A DNA stretch of 58,071 nt, from NCBI GenBank assembly GCA_001724265.1, contig MEDY01000397.1, positions 1 to 58,071 of the forward strand, written 5' to 3'. The notes beneath the pieces are model-generated. The model saw nothing but the letters and a program-made list of their open reading frames with translations, ran no database searches and was not told the origin of the DNA. The DNA comes from Rhizaria sp. SCN 62-66 (Eukaryota). The translations under genes and the position numbers were made by a program. Shown here piece by piece: positions 42,388 to 54,169 of the stretch (position 1 is the first letter of the stretch; every line of letters starts with the position of its first letter).

Positions 42388-43596
42388 ATGTCGTCGTGGT
42401 CGTCGTCTTCAACCACCACACAGCGCCGTTGTCGCCGGCGCTCTTTGCTCGCGTCTTGCTGCGCCCTCGCCGCTTTTGCGCTTGCTTTTGCCCCCGCGCC
42501 GGCCTCCGCTGTGTCGTCCCTGGGCCTCTCCGAGCGCAACTATGCCATCGTGACTCAAACTGTGCTTTTCGAACGCGTGACTCCGCTGTCGCAGGAAGAG
42601 TTCGGCGCCGCCGCCCGCGCGTACTGCAACGCGATGACGCCACAGCTCTGTGCTACTGCGGTTGTTTTGCGCACTGCACAGTACAACGCTCTGCCGAATA
42701 TCACGACAAGCGCTTATTCAACGGGGAAGCATATCGGATACGGTGATGGCACTTTCGCTCTCCTCTCGCCTCCTGACGACATCGCAGCTAATACCGCCGC
42801 CGCTGCTGCTGCCAACAGTGAAGGTGGTGATGTGAAGCTGACTGGGGATGAGGCGGCGGCTGCGCTGGCTATCGCTGCCAAGGCCGAGGCCGCTGCCGCC
42901 GCGGTGAGGGCCGCGGTTGCTGCAGGAGAGCTCACAAAGACTGGGTATAAACTCTCAGACCTGCTGACAACGCGCTGGGACGCCCCCGTGATGCGTCTTA
43001 CTTCCCTCTTCCGCAACACTCGCAATGTTAACAACAATAACAACAATTACCAGCAGCAAAGCTCTGGCTCTGGCTCTGGCTCCGACTCTGATGACGAGAG
43101 TGTTGTTAGTGCACTTAAGCTGCAAACGCGGCCGCTCGCAACGACTGCGATGACTTTCGGCAAGTATTTGACTGTCAACTTCGCTGTTTTCCCTCCCGAC
43201 GGCCCTTCCCCGTGGCAAGTCGCCACCCGCGTCAGCTACATCCAAACCTGGATCAACGTCAACATTGCTCTGTTGTACGGAGTCCCCTCAGTGAACCAAA
43301 CCGCGACCCCTGCCGTCGGCTACTACCCCAAGCACTGCTCCAACGGCGTCACCGACGACAATGAAACCGATGTTGACTGCGGCGGCTCCGAGCTCGTCGG
43401 CTGTGTCCGCTGCGTCGGCGGCCAGAAGTGCATCGAAGGGACGGACTGTGAGTCGCTCTCGTGCACCTCGGGTGTCTGCGATGCCGCCGCGAAGGTGATC
43501 ATCCTCGCGTCCAGTGCTCCGGCGCTTGCGGTGAGCAGTGTGGCGCTGGTGTCGACCCTCGTGGTTGCCGCTATGGCGCTTTGGGCCGGGTTTTGA
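42388..43596 (+). CDS. Secreted, probably GPI-anchored surface protein with a Cys-rich ETDVDCGG module
   Basis: N-terminal hydrophobic signal; module CSNGVTDDNETDVDCGG...CVRCVGGQKC...DCESLSCTSGVC; hydrophobic C-terminus without a cytosolic tail. TGA stop. Confidence 0.8.
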   Translation: MSSWSSSSTTTQRRCRRRSLLASCCALAAFALAFAPAPASAVSSLGLSERNYAIVTQTVLFERVTPLSQEEFGAAARAYCNAMTPQLCATAVVLRTAQYNALPNITTSAYSTGKHIGYGDGTFALLSPPDDIAANTAAAAAANSEGGDVKLTGDEAAAALAIAAKAEAAAAAVRAAVAAGELTKTGYKLSDLLTTRWDAPVMRLTSLFRNTRNVNNNNNNYQQQSSGSGSGSDSDDESVVSALKLQTRPLATTAMTFGKYLTVNFAVFPPDGPSPWQVATRVSYIQTWINVNIALLYGVPSVNQTATPAVGYYPKHCSNGVTDDNETDVDCGGSELVGCVRCVGGQKCIEGTDCESLSCTSGVCDAAAKVIILASSAPALAVSSVALVSTLVVAAMALWAGF

Positions 43597-44566
43597 GTGC
43601 GAAATCGACCTGTCTCTGTGAATATAATGGTATAGATAGTCTCCATGCGATGAAATCATGGTGTTTTAGTATTTTAGGAAATGAACCATAGGGAACTGTA
43701 CTGTTTTAGTCGTTCGAAATGGCCTGATTTACGCCAATAAAACGTTATTTTAGATCTCACCACAAATCGCTTTCTGGTGAATGACTGCCTGCTCGCTGCT
43801 CACAGTCACGGGATCGGTCTGGCTCGTTGTAGACAGCGGGCTACAAGAGAATGATAGGGCGTTCTAAAAAGGGTAACGAGGCAGTATTTCGAGGGTCCCC
43901 GTGGACTATGATATCAAATCAGGGCTGTCAATGTTGTTGTGTATCCTGGGTTAATTGCCGTGCGCGAATGTTCGATGAAATAGGCTTCAAATGAATCATT
44001 TTTGCTTTGCATACGTCGTCGGAGCTTCGTCGTGCGGCTACCTCGCTCCTTACCACCGATATCACGCCACAGACGATCTCGAAATCATGAATCCTGATAG
44101 CATCGCAATCTTCACGAAGAGAACAATGCTGCGGTGTGCATCTCAATGCTATTTGTGTTTGGAAATGCGTCGGGATTGTGTTAGATTGCTGTCCGGACGC
44201 GATCCGGCCTTCGGATCGATCGTCGTCACTCCACTGCGCCAAAGCCCACAATCAACTCTATTGCCCTCCGAACCATCCGCTAACCACCCAAACTTGAGAT
44301 CTCTTGCTAGTCTTGTCCGTGTGCTTTCAATCAGTCGCGCCTTTTGTTTCTCTGTCTAACCTTTCTCTCTCTTTGTCTCACGAACGACTCTTGGACCGCT
44401 GTGTTTGCTGCTGCTGCTGCATTCTCCCTCGTATTCCTCCTTCCCCCTTGCACTCTCTGTCTCACTCGGTCCAGTCCGTTTCCTTTCCTCGTTTCTCTCC
44501 CCCTATTTATTCGTCCTCCCCTCCACCAAAACAACACTCTCTCTCTTGTTGTTGGCTCCCGTAACG

Positions 44567-47556
44567 ATGCTCTCCCGTACCGTTCTCTCCGCCACTGCCC
44601 GCGTCACTGCCACGGCTGCCGCCGCCGCTACCTCCGCGTTCGTTCTGCCTCTGCGCTGCGCCGCTCCCCGTTTCTCCACCACCACCTCAACTTCCCCCGT
44701 TCCTCCTGTGCCCACGGTCACCCGTGAATTCGTGCCTCTCCGCACCGCTGACCCGGCGCTTTTCCTCTCTGGCACCACGCCTGCCGCCCGCGCCGCCGCT
44801 GCTGCTGCTGCCAACTAGTCGTTCGACTCACTCATGTCGTCTGCGGCTCCCAAGGTACATATCCACTCTATATATATTTTCTCACTAGCCATCTAAACCC
44901 AGTTTTATTCCCAAAGACGCACATATACCCCTCAAAATTACTCAATCAATCAATCCAATTGACCCATGCGTTCTTCATATTTATTTTTAGGGCACTCATG
45001 CCCCCGGCATCGCGAACCCGACCGCGGCGGTCGCCGAGCGCAAGGCGGCCCGCCCTTCTTCGATGGAGAAGCTCACGGTCTCCGCCCCCATCGCCTCGAC
45101 CACCGCCGTCGACGGCGCCAAGGTGACCGTGAGCGGCGCGACGATGAAGGTCGCGCTGAGTGACGCCCCCTGCGCGGCCGCCACGGCCAGCGTCGTCTTC
45201 GTCACCGAGGCGCAGTTCGCGGCCCTCGACGCGTCGGTCAAGTCCGTCCTCGCGCTCCAGGAGTTCAAGGCCGCGGCCAAGACCGTCGCCGTTGCCCCCG
45301 GCGCCACCCCCGAGGCCTTCACGGTGTACGCGGGCCTCGGCTCCGTTATCGACGGTGTCTCCACCTCCGCCACTGCCTACCTCACCCTCACGACGCTCCG
45401 CAACTCGCTCTTCGCGGCCGTCACCAAGGCCAAGACCCTCAAGGCGACGGCGGTGACCGTGGCTCTCCCGGCCGTCCCCGTCTCGGCCGCCGACAACGTC
45501 CCCACCGGCTTCGGCTGCGGCGTCAAGCCCGTCTCTCCCGCTTCAGCCGAGGACGCCGCCGCCGCTGTCGTGCCCGTCGGCACCCCCGCCACGCCCGCGT
45601 CCGTCGAGGACATCCTCGACGCGGCGGTCCGCATGGTCGTCACGGCCAACTGGAAGTGGGACAAGTACTGGAAGGCCGAGTCTTCCCAGGTACGCATCCC
45701 TTGCTTTTATCTAAAATCAATATGCTTCAATGTCATTTCCCATTAACTACTAATATTTAAAGGTTTAGTTGGCCAACAGCGAGGATTATCTAGCCGTAAA
45801 GCCAGCCAACCAACCCATCGGCAAAGGCTTGTCTGCTAAATGCAACTGTTTCATTCTCATAAGTGCATATCTCATCTAAATATCTCCGTTTCTGACACTT
45901 TTTCATGCTCTTATAAACTCTAGGCTAAGAACCCTGCTCTGGAGATCGTCAACATCTCTGTCGACACCGCCGCCGCCGCGTCCCCTTTCTCCGGCGTCTC
46001 GACCGCTGCCAAGGCTTCCTCCTTCGCTGCTTCCGTCGCCGTCGCCGAGTCTCTGCTGCTGGCCCGCGAGTTCGGCAACGAGCGCGCTGACGTTCTCACT
46101 CCGGCCGCTGCCGAGGAGCTTGCCCGCTCTCTCGTCGCTTCCCACAGCGATGTCATGAAGATCCGCGTCCTCCAGGTGCCGGAGCTGCTCGCCAATGGCT
46201 TCAACCTTATCACGGCGGTGGGCCAGTGCGCTGTGGTGCCCCCTCGTATCATCGCGATCGAGTACGACAACACGGCCGCCGCCGAGGGCGCTCTCAAGAA
46301 CCAGGTACGTCCTCTCTTCATGTTATACCTTAATAATCGCCGATAGCATGAAAGCTAGACTCTAATGTCTATTTTCTGTTTGTATATGTGTGTGTTTAAT
46401 GTTTATTTGTGTCTGTGTTTATTTTGTGCTTCAAATCTCACTTTCTGTGTCTGTATTCCTGTTTTCTTACGCTTAGGAGTTCCTTGCGCTGGTTGGCAAG
46501 GGTCTCTGCTACGACACCGGAGGTCTCAACCTCAAGCCCACGGGCTCGATGGAGACCATGTACATGGACAAGTGCGGGGCTGCTGCTGTTTTCGGCACTA
46601 TGCGTGCGCTTGCGACTGTGCGCCCTGCTACTAAGGTCGTCGGTATCCTCGCTATGGCGGAGAATGCGATTGGCGCTAAGGCGTACAAGCCTTACGCCGT
46701 CATCGACTCCCACGCCGGCTCCGTCCAGGTACGTCTATCATGCCGTAGCAAAGCGATCTACAACACCCATGTGTCTCTAAATGTCATTTTATGCAACTTG
46801 TTGCGCAAATCTGAAGGGGGAAAAAACTCATTTTATGTTTTCTTTTGCGTCCTTTTCGCTTTTTATAGGTCGGCAACACCGATGCCGAAGGCCGCCTGTG
46901 CCTTGCCGACGCGCTCACCTTCGTGCAGAACGAGTACAAGCCGACCCACGTCGTCGACATCGCGACGCTGACCGGCGCGTGCATGATTGCCCTCGGTGAG
47001 CACTGTGCCGGTCTCTTCAGCAACAGCGACCCTCTCGCCCAGTCTCTGGCCAAGGCCGGTGGCAAGCACTGCGAGCGTCTCTGGCGTCTCCCGCTGTTCC
47101 CGGAGCACACCGAGGAGATCGTTGGCGAGGACGCTGATATTAACTCGACGGGCCGCTCCCGCTACGCTGGCGCCTCGACCGCCGCCGCGTTCCTCCAGCA
47201 CTACATCCAGGTACGCCTCGAATTCCCACCCATATACGCTCTTTTAAATGTAAATATTGCTCAATAGTGTGTATAATGCTGTTTTGTTGCATAGTGCTGG
47301 GTCTTTTCGCATTTCACTCACATCTTTGCCACTTTTGCTCTCTTTTCTTGCCCTCGCTGGCGCTTTTTGCTCTGCTTTGTTTCTTTTGTTGCTGCTTTGA
47401 CGGTGAGTACAGGGTGGCGTGCAGTGGGGCCACGTCGACATCGCTGGCCCTGCCACTGGCTCCGCCGTCCGTGGCTGCCTCCCCAAGAACGCCACTGGTT
47501 TCGGCATGCAGACGCTGTACCAGCTCACTCTCGATAAGGCGGCGGGCAAGCTTTAA
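44567..47556 (+). CDS. LAP: M17 leucyl aminopeptidase. Exons 44567-44854, 44991-45689, 45924-46304, 46477-46728, 46869-47210, 47413-47556; in-frame TAG 44816-44818
   Basis: Metal-binding motifs LVGKGLCYDTGGLNLK, MDKCGAA, NTDAEGRL, DIATLTGA and WGHVDIAG. Presequence-like MLSRTVLSATARV. Five phase-0 gtac introns. TAA stop. Confidence 0.95.
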
Positions 47557-48503
47557 GGAGTAAGCCGCGAGTCACGTGCTACCCACCCGTGCCACCCACG
47601 GGTACGGGTGTGTGATGGAGGATGTGTGTTGCTTTTTTTGCGATGCTTGAGTGATGTGATGTAAAATTAGTGTAAGACACTGCTGCACATGTGTCTGCTT
47701 GCCTTTTTTGCGACATCTCGAGTATTGTGAAGTGAAACTAGTGAATGAACGACTTTTTAGTTTTGAAAATTGTGTAACAATAGAATAAAAACAAATATTA
47801 CCCAATGTAAGCCTTCTTCATCAAGCGTACGAGGAAGACTCGACACTTGGGCTGTTATTACTCGATTTCATTGAGATTACGATAGTATTTCGTTGTAAAT
47901 TAAAAGTATGCTTGTATTTTTCTGTTTTTTTATTTGAAAATACTAAAAATGCATCTGCATGCTTTAATATGTTTAAAAAATACTTGTAATGCAACTTTTA
48001 CAGTGTGCAAGAAGTTCAAATTTGAATTTTCAAAAGTATTGAACCACATGTGGTTAACATCTTTCTGTTTTTCAATAATCTAATTGGGAATTCCGATCTT
48101 AGTTCCAGCTGAAATTTGAAAGCAATGAAAAGAAGCAATCAGACAACAGTCTCCCAGATTTTACAACTTGAAAACAAGTCAGAAAAGCTCACAGGCGAGC
48201 TTGGTAGAGTATATGTGGGACATCGGCGAAGGATCTTCCAAACTAACGTGTGAAACGCACACAATATATAAAGATGCTATCATAGCTCAATTGTCTTCAT
48301 AGCTTCCGCCCTCGCGGAATCTGACCGCAGTGGTGAATTCGCTATATGTACAGTTAGACTGGATTCAAGGTGATATACACGTTTTCATTGTATTATTTGA
48401 ATATCTTACGTTCATTTGACTCATCTCTGGCCCTCACATACTTACTATTGTAACCCAAAAGTCTAGTTTCAACGCTGCATTGATGACTGTAATAAGTTAT
48501 TGA

Positions 48504-49660
48504 TCAATCGTCAGCTGCGCCGCTGCTGCCATTCTCAAGTCCATCTCCCACACCGTCATACGCTTCCTCCGCCGTGTAGAAATACCTCTTGACATCCGGA
48601 GGCGTCATCCTCGCAAACCAGCCCAGCACAATCGCAGCCACAATGCCCATGGAACCCACGACCACTTGTAACCACGCAAGGTACTCATGCGCGCCTCCCA
48701 ACTGCGACGTCGTCGCCAACACGAGCCACTTCTCGAACCCCGTCGCCGGGAACACGGACGCGATGTTCACAGTCACGCTGTCTCCCTTTTTCAGCGGTGA
48801 CTGTGACACGGCGTAGAGCTTGCGGAACGAAGACATGGCACCGACACGTAGCCACTGGGACATGTGGGGGTCAGCGGGCACGGGAAGCGCGAAACCACCG
48901 GGACCAATGCTCGTTTCGTTCCGCGCGGTATTTGCAGGACGTTCCGAGTACTTAAGCTTGTCTGAGGGCCATGGCACTTCAGGGTTGTTAGCTGCGAAAT
49001 CGCCACTTTTGGCACCAGGCGCTGACACTGAAAAAGTGTCGTTGAAGAATGAGTTGGCGATCAAACCACAGGGGTAGAGCGTTTTGCCGTTCCAGCGCTC
49101 TAGCGGGGAGCACGACGCGATGTCCTGGGTGGAATCGCCGTGCAGCTGTTCGTCGCTACGGGACTGTGCGTACACACGGTAGTTTTGGTAGAAGCCGTCG
49201 AGGCGGTAGTACAGAAACACCGGTGGAGCCATGGCAGCCGGCGCTGTGATGGTGACTGTAACGCCGCACGAGCCGGCGGAGCTCGGCTGGCAGCTCTGAG
49301 GGGTGAGGTGGTCGTAACGGACGGCCTTCTCGACAACGAGAGTCGAGGCAACGACGAGAAGAGTGATTCCGGCAGCGAGGAAGAAGATTGAGAGCACGAG
49401 CAGCGAGATGACAACGCAGCGAGAGGAGCGGACAGGGTACCACGCGCCCAGAGATTGCTGGTCAAGACGGCTTTCTTTGTTGGGCTCGTTGGGCAAACGT
49501 TGCGGCGTCGCAGAGTTGTTGTTATTGTTATTGCTGTCGTCGTTGTTGTTGTCTGCGTTGTCAAAGAACTGGGAGTACTTGCCACCACGACGCGACGACG
49601 ACGACGACGAAGATGAAGACGACGCTGAGTCAGCGACGTTGCTGTTGCTGTTACTGCTCA

Positions 49661-49661
<1 letters not shown>
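48504..49661 (-). CDS. CDC50: CDC50/LEM3 family P4-ATPase beta subunit, intronless
   Basis: Motifs QQSLGAWYP, PVFLYYRLDGFYQNYRVYAQSRSDEQL, YPCGLIANSFFNDTF and WLRVGAMSSFRKLY, plus two TM helices. TGA stop. Confidence 0.95.
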
Positions 49662-49694
<33 letters not shown>

Positions 49695-50710
49695 CGCGCT
49701 TGCTGCAAGTCGTGCTTGAAGAAAGCGCTCTGAACTTGTGGTGACACGATGAGCAAGTGTTTGTCACTGCAGCAGATGGGGGATGAGCGCTGGCTCTGCT
49801 GTTCGTCGCCAGTGCTTAAGAATGCGCGGGGGCGCTGCAAGAGGATACAGGGAGTACGAAACACAGAGAGTGCACTGGAAGGCTCTGGAGGTGCAGAAAG
49901 GAAGAAGTGCGAAGCGAAAGGGTTGAGGAGGGCAGAGAAGGAACGAGTTCAGGACATAGAAGGATGCTTTGTGAGCTTTAAAAGAAAATACAAATAGAAA
50001 ACTGCGTAAAAATAGATAATCCCTCTGTAGTTTCAGATGCTGACGGAGATAGACAGGCCTAGCGCTGATTTTCTAAGGTCTCGAATCTGTCCCCTTTGCA
50101 CTTTCGTCGAAACGGGGACGCATTTTTGCGAACCATGGCAGAAGACCAACCGCTGAGCGACCCAGCCAAAATTCAAACTTTGCCAGGCTCAAAAGACTTT
50201 GCCCTGGGCCAACACTTCGCATGATTCGTATTTTGTGCAAATATAAGATACAAAGCGCTATTTTCTATTGTTTCATATATCATTTTTGCGTTAAGCTGAG
50301 TATAACGCTTGAAATACCTAGTTTTCACGGTGCTCCCCGTCTCCTCCCGCCCTCGTCCCCCTTTCCTTTGCAGCGTCGTTTCCCGCGCTTCCCCGCTCGG
50401 CTTTCGAGCTTTTTCCCCGGCCCTGCTCTGCCTCGTGCCGCGTCCTATTTCCTTTCACTCTCTGCGCCCCGTCTGTCTGCGCACACACCGCCCTGCGACC
50501 CCTGCAGCGGTCTCTTTCCCACTTCACTGCCCTAGGCTCCGGCTTTTGTATCTTCTCGCTTGCAACCACGTGTTGTCTCTGTCGCAGCACAGCCAAGACT
50601 TCTGCGTTGCGTTTCCGAGTACCCCAGCGCGTTTTTGACACCCTAGCCGTGTTTTTAACCGCTCCGCGAGCTCTTGTGCGCATATCCCGCTTCTTTTAAC
50701 GGATACCGAG

Positions 50711-53700
50711 ATGCCTCCTCCGCCGTACATGCACCACAGGCATCCAACCTCAGCCGCTGCCTACGGTGCCGCGATGCAACAACAGCACCCGCAGCAGCTG
50801 CAGCAGTACCAGCAGCAGCTCCTCGCCACCCCGCCCCACCCACAGACCGCGTCTCTCACTTCCGTCGCAGCCGCCGCCGCCGCCTCCGCCGCCGTCGGCC
50901 ACAGCCACGGTCACGGTCACCACGGCCACCACCACTCTGCCGGTGTGTACGGCATGGGTGGCGCGGGCGACGACGACAGCGACAACGACAACTCCGACGG
51001 CGACGACGCCGATGCACGTCAACGCCGTAGGGCGCCGTGGACGGACGAAGAGGATGCCCTGTTGCAGTCGCTTGTGGACGAAAACGGCGGACCCACTGTA
51101 CGTGTTGTCTGATATAACGCATCAAATAACACATCTCACTCACGCTGCATATATCTTTGCTATTATATGCTTTGATTGCTGTATTCACTCCTTAGGCACT
51201 CGCTATGCATCGTCTCACGCCGTTACACAACCTTTTCATTTTGTCCGTTTCGCTTTATTTCGCTTGTTTTTGCTCGTTTTAAACTTGTTTTACACTCGGA
51301 ACGTACTTCAACGCATATTTACACGACGCGCCACTTTAACTGTGCGATATATAATGCTATTGTTTCACCCTAACAGTCTGACCCCAAGAGCGTCAAGTGG
51401 CAGTTCGTCGCCCGCGCCCTGCCTGGCCGCCGGCCGAAGCAGTGCCGCGAACGGTGGCAGAACCTTCTTAACCAGGCGACGTCAAAGAACCCCTGGGACG
51501 ACGAAGAGGACTACCGTATCATCGACTTGCACCAACGGTTCGGCACCAAGTGGACTGAGTTCGCGAAGGAACTCCCCGGCCGCACGGAAAACACGATCAA
51601 AAACCGCTGGAACTCAACCTTACGGCGTGTGAATCGGTACGAGCAGCAGCTGCGCAAGTCCGGTGTCAGCGCTATCAAGCGGGACACCGAAGAGCAAGTA
51701 CTTTTTCGGTACTGCCGCATCGTCCGGCTCCAAACCGATGACTCTGCGCTGCCGTTGGACGCAGACGGCTTCACTTTAGTCACGGCTGACGGCGCTCAGT
51801 TGGCGCTCGCTACCGCCACCAAACGCAAGGGTGGCAAACCGTCAATGGGGCAGGCCGGCGGCTTAACTTCGAGCACGGGTCCCTCCTCGGCGGCGGCAGC
51901 GGCGGCAGGCCTGGGTGGTTCTGCTGGGCACGCGTCGTCAAGCCTCATCGCCACTGCCTCTGCGATTGCGTCCTCCCGTGACCGGGACCGCGGTGACCGT
52001 CTGAGTCTCGGCGGCAACAACAACAACAACAGCAACAGCAACAACAGCAACAGCAACAACATCAACAATGGCAATGCTGTCGTGACCGTGGGCGGCGGCC
52101 CGACCCCCGGCGGCTTGAATTACGCCCTGGCACAACAGTCTCAGCTCGGCAGCGGCGGTGGGAATGCGAGCGTGGCCAGTAGCACCGTGAGCGGCGGCGG
52201 TCTCGGCGGGTACCCCATCAGCAGCGCGGGCGGTGCCGGGAGCCACAACATCAACAATAACGCCCATGCTGGCGGCTACCCATCTCTGCTCGGCGGTGTC
52301 GGGCCCCCCCTGACGCCCCACGGCCCCTTCCTGCCCAGCCACGGCACCAACAGCACCACCAGCGCCAGCGGCGGCGGCGGCCACAGCCACGGCCACGGCA
52401 GTCACAGCGGGCTCGGCGGCCACCACCACCCTGGCCACCACGGCCACCACCACAGCCACAGTCACGGCGGCGCCAGCGGTCTTGGCCTCTCGTCTCTCAG
52501 CACACCAAACGGCTCGACTTCCGGCGGCTTGACTTCCGCGGCGGGCGGCTTAGGTTCCGTGACGGGGGTGACCGGCGCGTTCCCGACCCACTCGCCCGCA
52601 GGGCCCGGCCTCGTGGGAACCCATGTCGCTCACGGTCACCTCGCTCACGGTCACGGTGCCCACGGTCACGGGCACGGTACGCATGGCGTTCACGGTCACT
52701 CTGCGGTGTCGTCGTCGTTGACTGCGAGTCCTGCCGAGTCCACGACCGCGGCGACGGCAGCACCGGCGCTGTCGCACTCACAGTCTCACGCGCAGTCCCT
52801 GCACGGACCGACTGGCTCGGCCCACGGTCACTCGCACTCGCACAGTCACGGTGGCCACGGCCCTTTGTCTCTGCATTCACACGCGCATTCGCATTCGCAC
52901 CCACACTCACATGCACTCGCTGCTCACGGTCACAGCCACCTTGCCCACAGTCACCAAGCACAGACCCCAACCCCTTACAGCAGCAGCAATGGCAGTAATG
53001 CGGGCGCAGGACTCGGACTCACGGGTGCTGGCCCCACCGGATCCACAGGTACCACTGGATTTATCGGTCCTTCAGCACTCACGACCTCAGCGTCCAGCGG
53101 ACTCGGTGTCACCATGACGTCCTCCGTCTCCTCCTCTCTCCTCCCCAGTGTCGGCGCTGCCGGCGCTGGCGCTGGCACTGGCACTGGCGCGCTTGGTGGC
53201 GGTTCCACACCGTCGCGCCCTCTGTCCTCACTCTCGCAAGCCGCCGCGGCGTTCTCTGCCTCTGGCAACAACGTCGTCGCCGGCGGCGGCGGTGGTAATA
53301 ATCTCTCACTCGCTGCCGCCGCTGCCGCCGCCGCTGCCGCCGCCGCTGCCGCCGCCGCTGCTGCTGCCGCTGCTGGTAGTAACGGAGCACCGCCGACACC
53401 TACCTCGGCTGCGGGTGGCTTGACTTCCGGCGGCGCCGCTGGTCTGGGTCTCAGTGTTGGCGGGGTGAATGTGAATGTGACAGGGGGTGGTACTGCTAAC
53501 GGAGGAGGTTCAACACCAACGGCGTCACCGAAACATTCGACGCTCTCTCATTCCACCGCGAATGCGGCCACGGCGGCGGCAATGACGACGACACAGTCTC
53601 AGGCGGCGGCTCTGAGGGGCCGTGCCACCCCCGCTTCAATCCTGCTTTCTTCTAACAACAATAGCAATAACCCTAATAACAATAGTGCTGTGCACAGTGT

Positions 53701-54138
53701 CTCCGTCTCCGCCTCAGGCTCCCCGTTACCTGGCTCTCAACCATCTAATCAGCAGTCTAACAACATGAACAACAACATTGCCGTTGCTGGTGGTGGGAAT
53801 GTGACTGGCACCGGGACTGGCAGCGTCGCTGCAGTGTCCTTATCCCACCACCGCCGCCACGCCTCTTTCGGCTCCGGTCCGCTTTCGCTCGCCGCCGCCG
53901 CTGCGAGCAACATCGCCAATGGCGGTGGCAGTGGTGCGCCGAACTCGCTCCTGCTCTCCGCCGCTGCCGCCGGTCACCCCCCCATGGTTTCCGCAACCGG
54001 TGGTGCTCACAGTCACCTGGGCATGGTCGCGCTGAGCGGGGCGCATTCGCAGGGCCCCTCGCCGGCGGCTGCGATGTTGGCAACGGCGCAGCAGCAGCAA
54101 CAGCAGCAGTACAACCAACAGCAACAGCTGCAGCTTCA

Positions 54139-54169
<31 letters not shown>

